DNA of 64,000 nucleotides from Vitrella brassicaformis CCMP3155 (Eukaryota > Protista > Chromerida): contig CDMY01000276.1 of assembly GCA_001179505.1 (NCBI GenBank), positions 76,425-140,424 on the forward strand, given 5' to 3'. The translations under genes and the position numbers were made by a program. Below the pieces are notes generated by a model that was given only the letters and a program-made list of their open reading frames with translations, made no database searches and had not been told where the DNA came from. Below, piece by piece: positions 49,338 through 60,875 of the stretch. How positions within the stretch are numbered: position 1 is the stretch's first letter; every line of letters begins with the position of its first letter.

Positions 49338-50796
49338 ATGTCACGTCCGGAGCACCAGGGACCTCCAGAGTTGGTAAGCAGACCTACGAGCGGCTTTGTG
49401 CTCTCCCAAATGGCTTGATTTGTAGTTCTACGACGAGACCGAGGCAGAGAAGTATGCCTCGAGCTCACGAATGACCAGCATCCAGTCCAAGATGGCTGAG
49501 CGATGCCTCGAGCTTCTCCTGCTCCCCGAGGTACTCACACCGCACTGACCTCCTGAACGTTTCGGAAGTAACCGGGTTGTTGGTTCAGCATCCTTGTTTG
49601 GTGCTCGACATCGGCTGTGGCTCCGGAATAAGTGGCGGTGTCCTGGCTGAGAGCAACCACGCGTGGGTAGGGCTGGATATCAGCAAGGCGATGCTTGGTA
49701 AGTACACGGTGAATGCATACCAACATGGTCAGGGGTGATTCGCTTCTGGTTGATTGGTTGATTGGTTGATTGGTCGGTTCTCAGACGTTGCGCTGGACGG
49801 CGGGGCGGAAGGCGACATGCTCTTGTCCGATGTGGGGCAAGGTGAGGGAACACGCGGACGTGGACGCCGAACAGCTTGGGTGGCTTATGTTTTCTTGTCC
49901 TGTGGTAGGTTTCCGATTTCGTCCTGGCACCTTTGACGGCGCTGTCAGGTCAGCAGATCGACAGAGCTATCAGCTATCATCATACTGTCAATCATATGGT
50001 TTGGCTGCAGCGTGTCAGCGTTGCAGTGGCTGTGCAATGCAGACCAGAAAGGTCATGAGCCATACAAAAGGCTCATTGCGTTCTTTCGTTCTCTGTACGC
50101 TTGCTTGAACAAGGGAGCGAGAGGAGTAAGCAGACATCAACAGAGAAGTCGCACTGTGAACAGTGTATCTTCCTGTAGGCGCTTCAATTCTATCCGGAGG
50201 CTTCCGCGTCTTGTGAGATGATCACTTCGGCAGCCACAAGATGCGGTAAGGTGGTGAGATGCCCTAGGCAGAGAGAACCCGTGTTTCTATTGACTTGTAG
50301 GTTTCGGTGGTGGGATTGTGATTGATTTTCCCGACTCGACGAGAGCAAAGAAGTAGACGTAGCACGTAGTTGACACACGCGTTGTGTGAGTGTGTGTGTG
50401 TGTTGATTCGCGTATAGATACTACTTGTGCGTCTACGCGGGGCACACAAGCAACCGGCCACCGACGTTGCCGAAGGTGATTGATTCGTTTGAGATCTCCT
50501 TTAATTCATTCGGTTGCGTGCTCGCAGGCGCTGCTGGGAAATGACGATGAGGACGAACCAACGAGGATCCTGAATACGACAAGAGAGTGAGAATATAGAC
50601 AGCAGTGGAATGACATAAGGCTGAGTGTCTCCTCCCTTGTCCCTCCAGTCGTGACGTGAGACGGAGAAGGGGCCCTCGTCGACCAGTGAAGAACCGAGAT
50701 TGGATCAAGGAGAAGAAAGACCGCATGCGACTGGCAGGGAAGACAGTGAAAGAAGACACCAAGTACACTGGGCGAAGGCGTCCAAGTGCTTGGTAG
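49338..50796 (+). CDS. BUD23: 18S rRNA (guanine-N7) methyltransferase BUD23/WBSCR22, short-intron multi-exon gene
   Basis: [12 protein letters not shown]|[90 protein letters not shown]...[10 protein letters not shown]. Confidence 0.95.
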
Positions 50797-51231
50797 GACG
50801 AGTTACGTGACCAATAGATACCACCAGGCCATTCAAACCACTTCTGGTGATGCGTGAGCTGGCCATGGAAAGAGAGGCTCTGACTGAGAAATGGAGTGTG
50901 GCGTACTTAGAAGTGTTGTCCTGTGCAAATCGCAACAATCGCAGAAAGATCAACGACATTCAATGAGGCCGTGCACATGTCAAAGTCTCACCACAGCGCT
51001 CTCATGGATGAATGCTATAGAATATACACACCCACACACACTCACACACGGACCCACCAAATAAAGACAGAGCATGTCCGCATCCGAACACGCTGACACG
51101 CACACTCATCCTTCTCGGCTCACCCACAGAACGGACCGCCAGAAGAAGGCCGGCCATCCATGTCAAACGCCACCTCACCCGCCCTGTCTCTTACCCCGAC
51201 CTTAGCAGCCCGCCCGCCCGTGCATCTTAAT

Positions 51232-52791
51232 CTATTTAATACCGACTCCCCCTCCAAACGGCGCGGGGCTCTCCGGCGCTCGTGTGGAGCCGCTAGTATG
51301 CAGCCGCATTGTGCCCTTGGGCTCGCTGCCCCGCAGCATCGGCTCAGGGTTCATCAGCAGCGCATGCTCACAGACCAGATGTGTGGTTGGGATCAGGGGT
51401 GGGCGTAGCGCGGGAGGCGTGGGCGAGAAGATCATTGGTGGCGCGACGGACATGACGATCGGCATGAGCTCGGCCTCCGAGCGGTACTGCTCCCGGCGGC
51501 GTGGCAGGTTGCCGAAGACAAAGCTGCCGCGGAGCGCGCCACTGACGGCTGAATGGAGGTTGGCGCAAATGTTGAGGCTGAAGTGGGCGCATTTATCGCT
51601 GCCCGTCTTGTGCAAGTCCCTGGTCGTGAGGTTGAAGAGCATCAGGAAGGCGTGCAGGCAGCTGAGGTAGATGAGGAAACACGCGAAGGGGAGGCCATAC
51701 GCCAGCAGGAAAGCCGCCACGTAGACCTGCCGCGGCAGTCGCGGCACACCACCTGACAGACAGACAGACAGATCGACAGACAGACAGATCGACAGACAGG
51801 CAAGTGAAACTGTCTGATGGGATGGGCTCGTCGATGCATCCATCCCTTCATCCCTTCATCGGCTTTGTTTCTCCCTCCCGAACCCTCCCTCCCTACCCGT
51901 ATCGGCGATTCTCATCTGGACGCACTGCTTCCATGTGATGTCCTCCACTCCACAGGCGGCCAGCCACACAGCCAAGGCGTTGCACGCCAGCACAGCCACC
52001 GAGAGTGCGGCGGTAAGGGCGAGCCACAGCAGGAAGTAGAGGTGGTTTCGCGACCCGATGCACTGGCTTATCCACGGGCAGTGGTGGTCCTTGCGCGTCA
52101 CGCACCGGTTGCTGCATCCACACGTACCGCGGCAAGAAACACACAAACAGACAGACAGACAGACAGAGAGGTCCCACCGCCCAGGTGAGTGACTGGTTGG
52201 CTGACCAGAAGCTGCAGTGCGATGCCCTCGAGGGCCGCCATATGCGACACGTCTCACACCACTTCTGCAACAGCCCATCCTTGGTGTAGCGGAACGGGAT
52301 GGCAGGGGGGTGCAGCGGCGAGAGGTTGTACAGGCAGTACCCCGGCTCCCGCCACACCACCAGCACCAGCAGCATCGACAGGTCGACGCCCGTCACAACA
52401 GGGAAGAGCCAACATGGCATATATGCGCCGTACATCGGGGCCGCAGAAGACACCAAGGGCAGGATGACCAATTGCGTCAAGACGACTGGGAAGACGAGGA
52501 ATAGGATGCTCCATCCCAGCGATGGGAAGTCCTCCTGTGTCCGGACGCCCCGGCCTCCCTGAGCAAGACAGCGCATTTTGCAAACAGACAGAAGGGTTGG
52601 AACACAACACATGCAGTGCAGTGCAGCTGTTGTGTGTGGAGGTCTTGGCAGCTCACGAGGCATGGTGTGTGATGAGCCCGCCACATCCGAGTGCCCTCCA
52701 GGAGGAGCGGGCAGCCGCAGCAGCTCCCGCTGGCAGCACTCTCATCGGGATCCACCACAGCTGAGCGGCCATACCGGTCTGTCAACAGCAT
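51232..52791 (-). CDS. DHHC palmitoyl acyltransferase, multi-exon
   Basis: [47 protein letters not shown], four TM segments, [11 protein letters not shown] (TTxE-like). Confidence 0.92.
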
Positions 52792-53138
52792 CACGCTCTT
52801 AACTCGTCAGATCGGGGTAGTCAACGCCACGCGGCGCTTCCGCCTTGCAGCGGTTTAAGGAAGCATCTGCATCTGCGAGCTGATGTCTGCGAGCTTAACA
52901 GCTTAAGTCGATAGCAAGGCCTTTTCGTTCTGAAGCACTCTGGTTATGGTGCCTGGGAGGTCGATCTAGTCGACACCTTACTGAAGCGCGCTTGCCAAAC
53001 GATCCCTTCAGTAAGGTGGGAGCACACAGAGAGGCTGTTCTCGAAGGCCACGCAGCCAAGAGGACGGACGCCAGGCCGTGTGTGTTGTGTTGTTGACAGG
53101 ACAAACCGGCGGCCAGTCCTTCGGTCGTTCCATCCGTC

Positions 53139-54699
53139 ATGTACGCCAAGACGAAGCTGTGCCAGACCATCGCTCGCGGCGGCGTGTGTGACAAGGGCGA
53201 GAGCTGCACGTACGCCCACAGCCAGGCCGAGCTGCGTCCCCTCCCCGACCTGCGCAAGACCTCACTTTGTATCGAGTTCTCCAGGGGCAAGTGCTTCGAC
53301 GCCAACTGCCGGTATGCACACGGCAAGGGGGAGCTCCGTCAGGGGCCGCCGGGGCAGCGGCAGGGCAGGAGGCATAAAGAGGCGCTCAGGACAGGGAGCG
53401 AGGCCGCCGATGGGTGAGGGAGGGACAGACAGACAGAGGGGATGGTGAGACACAATCTGATGGCGAGCAATGTACGGAGTATGTATATGTGTATGCACAG
53501 GTTGGGTAAAATGATGTATCGCAACAGTGTGCGTCCTCGTTCGGCGGCCATCTACAAGAGGGATTCGGTTCACCTGGTGGCCAAGGGCGGCCAGGTGCCG
53601 CCGCCCCCCGCCCCGGCAGCAGCCATGGGGTACCCCTTCCCACCTGCCGGCCACCCCAGACCACCGCTGGTGGTGAGTCGCCACGACGTCGCCAGAGGAC
53701 CCTACATGCCCAACGGACACCCACACATGATGCCGCCACACCTGTAAGATGCACAGATGCACTCACTCATTCACACGAACGCACATCGATCGACCAAGCA
53801 GAGGCTGGTGGATGCTTGGATGGATGGCTGTCTTGCGTATGGGTGTGTGCAGCCCCAGCTACCTGGATCAGCCGTATGGGTACACGAAGCCCGCCGACCA
53901 GCGGCCTCCCCCCTTCTACCCCCCGGCGCCATACCCACCGCAGCATCAGCATCAGCATCACCACGCCGCTGTTGCGCGCCCCCCCCTCCCCTCCCGCCCA
54001 CCATACCCCCCGTCCGCCCTCAATGCTCCTCCCCCAATGCCCTACGCGGCCCCACCTGCATACCCCACCCACCCCGCTTCTGCAGCTGTGGTTGGGCCCA
54101 GCAACGGGGCGCCCATCCTGCGGCCCAACCCCAGGTTCGTCTCAATGCCAACGGAGAGCGGCTACAGCAACGCCGCCGGCGGCCCCTCAGCGTCGTCATC
54201 GTCACAGCAACCGCAGCAGGGCGGCCAGCCCTCCACAGGCGGCCGGGGGATTTCTTACTACGACATGGGCCAGTACCAGCACTCATCGCTGAAGGGAGAG
54301 GGAGAGGGAGAGATGGGGGATGTCAACGGTGGCGAGAACTACGGCGCTGAGGAGGAGGAAGAAGACGACAACGACCAGGAGGCAGAGGACGAGGACGAGT
54401 ACGACCCAGAGGGACAACAGAACGACCACAACGAGACCACCGCTGCCGCATCGACCACCGGTGCACAGAGGTCCTGCGCTGGTCCTCCTGGTGCTGGTGG
54501 TGGAGCTGCGGGTGAGCCGAGGCGTGGTGCGTACGACAACGGGTACAGCCAGGACAACGGGTACAGCCAGGGAGGGCCAGGGGTGTCGTCGAGCCACAGG
54601 ACAGTGCAGATGCGGTCGGTGCACATGGCGGCGGAGGAGGGGCAGGGCAGCTACGGAGGCGGCGGCATGTACGCCGACCGAATGTATCAGTATCGCTAA
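53139..54699 (+). CDS. tandem CCCH zinc-finger RNA-binding protein with Pro-rich and acidic tail (5' exons probably upstream)
   Basis: YAKTKLCQTIARGGVCDKGESCTYAHSQAELR and KTSLCIEFSRGKCFDANCRYAHGKGELR. Confidence 0.88.
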
Positions 54700-55584
54700 G
54701 CTAAGGCAGACAGACAGACAGACAGGCCGTCCAACCATCTATCCATCCATTCGATGGATCTGTGCAATGCTTGGGTGGTTAAGTGGGTGGAGGGGAGGAA
54801 GGGAGGGAGTGAGGGAATGGAGAGCGTGCAAGGTTTGACTGTTTGTTTGTGGCTGACTCAGCTTAGCTCCATTGCCCGTTTTCCTTCCTCCTTCCTTCTT
54901 TCCTTCCTTGCTTGGTGTTTTCGACACTTCTGGATGACTGAGCACTGTGAGTGAGGTGAGCCAGCTTGTAAGTAACAGAACAGAGCAGGACCTCGCCGAA
55001 AACAGGGGGCGGCACACGCAAGGCGACGCATTCATGGCGTCCAAGCTCCACACATGGAGGGATGGATGGATGATTTTTGCGAACGAATTCATCAGCTCAT
55101 CTTTCGTGTGAGTAATGGACTCCTCGTGTGCGCGTGTCGTTGATCGGTTTGCCTGCAAGCGGGCAGCCGCCCCTCCCTCTCTCTCTGTGTGTGTGCCTGT
55201 GTGTGTGTGTGTGTGTGTGTGTTTGCGTGAATGGCTGGAAAGAGAGTGCTGAGCTGACAGGCCAGACAGACACTGTTGTTGACGTGCATTGACTGCATGA
55301 CGTGTGATGATGACTCAATGACTGCCGGCATGACTCTCACTGTCTTGACGCATGCATCAAACTGAACCACACAGACAGTGCGGCCATAACGCACACGCCA
55401 AAATGGACGGACACTGAGCGAGTGAGTGCCACACACGTGCGAGTAAGTAAATGAAACGCATCAGCTCTCTAGCTGATAGACAGGTAGGTCACAGCCAGCC
55501 GCATAGTCAGACCCCACTGGTAGATTCATCCAATCAGTCAGTCAGTCACCATCACACACACAGGTGGGGTGGGGTGGGGTTCAT

Positions 55585-57387
55585 TCACAACGACCGCGTC
55601 GGTCCCTTGGCCTGCAGCAACCTGACCTCTCCCGGCTGATATGAGTACTGAAAGTGAGACCTGGCAGACAGACGCGCCAACACACGCAGAATCAGTCGTC
55701 TCTCTGTGTCGGTCGGTCAGAGCATCCTGACCGACTGGCTGGCTTACTTGAGGTCGTTGAGGGAGTCGCCCCTGAAGGCGGCCTCCGTCACGGAGAGGAC
55801 ATCCGAGTCAGGTGTGATCAGCAGCAGGTCTGAGCGGAAATAGCAGGCTCCCATACACGGATGAATGGGCCATGAGCGATCCTCACCCTGCCCGCTGTAC
55901 TGGCCCTCGAGGATGTTGAACAGCTGCCGGATCCTTATGAAGAGGTCCATCACAGACTCGTTGGGCGTCCCGTCCGAGCCGGGGGGCGGCCTCGCGTCAA
56001 TCGACTCAACATCCTGACACACACACACACGCATATTCCCTCTCCCATTTGTGTGCTCCGTGTGTTTGTGTGTGGGTGTGTGTGTGTTGGGCTTGCCTGC
56101 TGGTGGATGGAGTCGTAAAGAGAGAGGCTTGAGCCATCGAGGGCGCCCACGCCCCTCTGCAAGCCGCGACACAGCAGCACAAACATCATTCATCGTGCAA
56201 AGCATGTGTATGTGTATGTGTATATGTGTGTGTGTGTGTGAGCTCCCGCCCGTCGGTACGGGGTCAAGATAAAGGTACTCGGGCACGAGCCTGTCCTGGG
56301 GTATGCCCAGCATGTTCTTCAACATCAGGCCGGTCTCCAGTGACCGCTGGCTGATGTTTGCCCAGATGAAACACCCGCCACTCTCCAGGCTTGAGCAGAA
56401 CTGGCACCATCGGCAGACAGCATCCATCGACAGAATCGATCGCATCACACACAAGTACGCCCGTATCTATCAGTGTCACGGGCTGACACTGATGTGGACG
56501 AGCCAGAAACCAAGACCCCCGCGTGCGTGCCCTCTTGTCTGACTGACCTGCATTTGGACGAGGCGCCTGGCTGCCTCCTCCACCTCGGCCTGCCCAGCCT
56601 GGGTCAGCTGGTTGCCCTCCATCGGACCCTTGTTGCCTGAAACAAGAGTGAGTGAGTGAGTGGGTCGGTGAGTCAGTCAGTCACATCAAAGAAAGCTTCA
56701 TCACGATGGATGGATGGATTACCTGGGTTGGTAAAGAAGGTCCCCTGCCGCTCGGCTGTCGACTCACCCGCACGCATCAGGAAATACCTGGACGGACGGC
56801 ATACAAGCACATCTCCTGACGTCATGGCATGGCATGCGCGAGTGAGTGAAACGCGGCGGCCCGTCCGCCTGACTGGCTTGCCTGTTGTTCAGCCTCACGC
56901 CGACCGGATCTTCAGACAAGATGTTGACGAAGGCTTGAGCAGGCGGCGGCGTGTCAATGGCCCATGGAACAGACGCCGCGCTGAGCATCAGCACGATGCT
57001 CACAAGCAGCCTCGAAAGCCCTTCCCGCCACCAGGCTGCACCGGGGACCTCATCTGCCGGCCGCCTTTTGTCAGCTGCACCAACACCAGGCAGGCTGCCC
57101 GGGTCTGCAGGATGATCATCATTGGCACCGCGCTGCCTGTCGGCTCGGCCACTGAGTGGCAGGTGAGGATGCCGAAGCCTTGCTCGCAGCCCGAACGAAG
57201 ATGACAGCCTTAGAGGTGATGGAGAAGGCGTGAATGCACAGCAGACGTGCAGATCCAAGATCAGCAGGAAGTGGCCCAGCAGTTGCCCATCGCGCTTGCC
57301 CAACTTCTTCACCTGAACACCAACATACCGAAATGTTTGTGCTGCTGAACTGACGTGCGGCGCCTGCCCTTCTGTGATTTTCACCAT
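55585..57387 (-). CDS. histidine-phosphatase/phosphoglycerate-mutase-like plastid protein (RAG variant), multi-exon
   Basis: YFLMRAGES, FFTNP, LTQAGQAEV, IVPEY-like LVPEYLYLDPRGLGALDG, PPPGSDGTPNESVMDLFIRIRQL, ITPDSDVLSV, YQPGEVRLL. This is the pattern of the plant chloroplast PGM-like protein family. Leader ...LHVCCAF-TP plus a second hydrophobic segment ending PAQA-F. Confidence 0.85.
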
Positions 57388-57413
57388 TTGTGAGACACTG
57401 CTCGCCGGGTTTC

Positions 57414-57427
57414 AGGGTTTAGGGTTT
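57414..57427. promoter_or_regulatory. telo-box-like tandem AGGGTTTAGGGTTT in divergent promoter
   Basis: Two perfect telomere-type units 27 nt upstream of the minus-strand ATG at 57387. Confidence 0.4.
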
Positions 57428-57743
57428 CCCCCCTACCCGAAGCCCCCCCATTCGTTTGGCTCACAAGACCCGATTGCCTCGCAGCTCATGCCAGGCAAGA
57501 CAGCCCGAAAGAGGATTCTCGAAGTGAGGACCTACAACCGACAGTCTCCCTTCCTGTCTCGGAAGTGCAAGTTTGCAGGGACCGCTCGGAGAGCCCAGTT
57601 TGCAAGGCCTTTGTCTGACGGACTCCCATGCAAACGCATTATACTTGTGCAGCAACCACCAGGCCACTGAGAGCTGATATCCCCCTCTATCCCCTCTATC
57701 CCCCCTGCCATACACGGCAACCACCCACCCGACCATCAGCTCA

Positions 57744-60319
57744 ATGAAGAAGACGCCTTTCCTCGCTCTTCTCGTCTCTCTGTTGCTGTCGAGGGTTCGG
57801 GGCAGTCGCTTCGCGAGGCGTCAGGAGCTCCACGTGTGGCGGCAGCGAAGGCGCGGTGATGCTACTTCCTTCTCTGACGGAGCGGTTGTCAACCCGTGGG
57901 GGCCGCTGGATGGTCGCCAGGAGTCCTTTTCTTCCCTCGCCACCATGACCAACAGCACCTCACGTATCGCACAGGAGGCCTCTCGACTGCAGCCCGGCTT
58001 CGGCCTCATCGGCGGGCTGCCGCCCCTAGCAGGAAGCGGTGGCGGTCAAGCACTAGCAGGCCTTTCGACTCCACTTATCAAGGCAACGCCAGGGCCCTGG
58101 CAGGCTTATCCGGCTTATCCCGCTGTCAACCAGACCGCCTCCCAGTGGGGGGCGACCAACGTGCCTCAAGCGGCTGTGGGCAGCTATGCGGCCTTCCTGT
58201 CTCATCTTCAGAACCAGCAGAGTGCTCAGCAGATCCTGGGCGGAGCGCAGCGTGTGCAGGGGCAGCAGCGGTCAGCAGCGCAGGCAGCCCTCAATGCGGA
58301 TCGGCGAGACATACACAGGGCGGCTGCCGTCACTGGCTCGAAGCGTGAGCCGAATGAAGACCCCAACGCCGCCTCCCCCGCACCATCCACCACTGAAAGT
58401 CAAGGCGCCCCACCTGCTGCCACTGCCCCGACAAACATGTCGGCTGCCGCCAATGCAAATGCGAATGTGAATGCCAATCCGCCACCAGCCGATGCCGCAG
58501 CTGCTACAAACGCTTCCCCCTCCCCTGCGCCTTCCACTGCCGGCGAAGCAAACGCCCCTGCACCCGCCACGCCCGCAGAGACACAGCCGCCCACCGAGCC
58601 AAAGAAGGAGGAGGCGTCACCAGCAGCAGCAGCAGCTGCAGAGGCGGCCAGCCAGCCGGTGAGTGAGGCACCCACGACAGGGCCACCGGCTGCAGGTGGC
58701 GGTGGTGGTGAGCCACCCCCGCCGGGTGACCGGACGTGTTTGGACCGCAACAGCACAGCGTGTGAGGCGGACGGTGTGTGCTTCTGGGACTCTGGATACG
58801 GCAAGTGCTTCTACAAGTGCAACCTCATGAACTCGCAATCCACCTGTGACCCACTCATCGAATGCAGGTAGGTAGGCACTCTAGGGAGCAGGGCAGGCAG
58901 CAACAGGCTGTCTCCCGCGCTCCTCTGCCCGACCCGATCAGGTGGCTGGCTCCCGAGGCCCGGCGGCCGGGGGAGCCCCAATGCGCGCAGGAGTGTTTCT
59001 CCTATCGGTTCCCCCCGTATGAGGACGGTTTCGTCAAGAAGTTCAAGACAGAGATGCTCGAGCAGGATAAGGCGCAGAAGCGAGTGGAGGACACCCTCAA
59101 CAAGGCCATCGAGGCCAACAAGAGCGACAAGCCTTCCCTCGCCACCAAAATGTGGCAACTCCTCTTTGGGGACCCCAAAAAGAAGCAAGAAGACGCAGAC
59201 AAACAAGACAACAAAGACAAAGACAAAGGCAAAGAAAAAGGCCAAGAAACCAAGGGTCCCGCTCCTCCGTCTTTTGTCGAGACATCAGCCGCCACGGAGG
59301 TGATGAGCGGCACGGGCACGGGCAGCTTGGTGGACCTGCACATGGCCGGCCTGCTGGGCACCTCCCTCTCCCTAGAAATGAGCATGACCGATTCGGTTCT
59401 GAGGAACCGCCTGGCCGACCTGATGGAGAGCGAGGACATGACGCGAGACCTCCCGCCCCCGCCGCTGCCGTGGCTGGGCAAGTACCGGATGTGTGGCTAC
59501 TGCATGAACAAGCAGGCCTGTGACGAGATGGAGTACACCTTCAAGCAGCGGGCCGTGGCGGTGGGCCGGTCGGACCCTTTGGAGAACTTCCACTGCCACT
59601 GGGGGCAGGTGGGCGATGCATACGAGGCGTGTGTCGACCTCAGTGACAACTTCAAGAACCAATATGAGGTCTCACAGGCCGTCTCCGAAGCACTCGCACG
59701 GGGCGCTGGTGAGTAAGTGGGGTGGGTGAGGGTAGGCTGTGGTATGTTGTGATGTGTTGTTCTGTGTCGCTCTGTGGCGCATGGTGGGCGTTGGTGCAGG
59801 TGTCTCGTCTGATGAGACGTCGGGTGAGCAGTGCCCCGGGCAGTGCTACTCGCCAAACATCGACCCAGCAGCAGGGAAGGCAGTCGACGTACCACGGTAT
59901 GTGTGTATGTGTGCGCACGCATGAGACACAGATAGACAGACAGACACCGAAGCAACACCATCACACCATGCATGTCTCACAGCAACGCGGTTCACGAGCC
60001 AATGGAGAAGCCGTGTTACGCAGTGGGTGAGAAGGTCAAGGCCGTCTGCAACGCCAAGTACAAGCCCACCAATGCAGAGGCCACATGTGTCCACATCCGG
60101 CAGGACGCGCCGCCCAACGACGCCACCGAGACGGACGACAAGGGCAGCCCCAAGCCACGGAGGGAGCTGAGGCCGCGATTCCCCGGGGAGAGAGACCCCA
60201 GCTGGGACGTGGGGGTGGACTGTATAGAGAGTGCCGGGGTGCGCTTGTGTATGTCTAAAGGGTGGGCTTTGGTGACGGTGGGGGGGGTGGTCCTTGCCAC
60301 CGGCCTGTTCTTCCTGTGA
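57744..60319 (+). CDS. secreted, probably GPI-anchored Cys-rich surface protein with C-terminal sushi/CCP-like module, multi-exon
   Basis: Signal peptide MKKTPFLALLVSLLLSRVRG. A/P-rich stalk. Cys clusters CLDRNSTACEADGVCFWD...CFYKC and CGYCMNKQAC...CHW...C. Sushi-like CYAVGEKVKAVCNAKYKPTNAEATC...W...DC. Terminal hydrophobic ALVTVGGVVLATGLFFL* with no cytosolic tail. Confidence 0.75.
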
Positions 60320-60875
60320 CCCTGTGAGCCTGTGAGCTGGGCCGATCGATTGAGTAAGCTAGGCACTCACTGTTGATGAGCGAACGAATGAACAAATGAA
60401 TGATGTGGCTGGCGAGCTGTAGCTAGGACCGATAGATAAGTCTGTTGCGTACCGTACACGGCATGCGCGTGCATTTCTTCCGTTGACTGTGTGTATTGTA
60501 TGTATGCGCGCCTTGTAAGCGTGGCCTGGGTGGGTGGGCGTGAGAGAGTATGGGCGGGTGACTTACTTGTCAAGATTCGTTCATTCACCAAATAGTGACC
60601 ACACCTCCCTCCCTCCCTCCCTCCCTCCCAGTCGGCCGTTGGGTCGGTAAGTCAAACCGAATGAATGAATGGTGCATGGCATGGCGGCCGCCATCCACCC
60701 GTGCCGCCTAGCAGCAAAGCCACACATGTGCTGTTTTATACACACATACACACATATACACGCACACACACACAGCCCGCGAATCTCCCTCTCTTTCCGC
60801 TTCAGCGACCACGGGAAATGCACACACAGACAGACAGATAGGTCACATCTCATGCAGAGAGGGCAACAGCACATA

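Noticed and set aside
52860-52945. Possible C/D-box snoRNA (TGATGT...CTGA) in the DHHC/CCCH divergent region
   Set aside because: Box C is imperfect, and I saw no terminal stem or recognisable rRNA guide.
48175-54570. Short direct repeats in coding sequence (EPDEKNLTTP/EPDENLTTP at about 48175-48235; DNGYSQ x2 at about 54535-54570; DSTD repeats at about 35425-35475)
   Set aside because: These are two- or three-copy in-frame duplications in linkers with no spacer structure. They are not CRISPR or mobile-element features.
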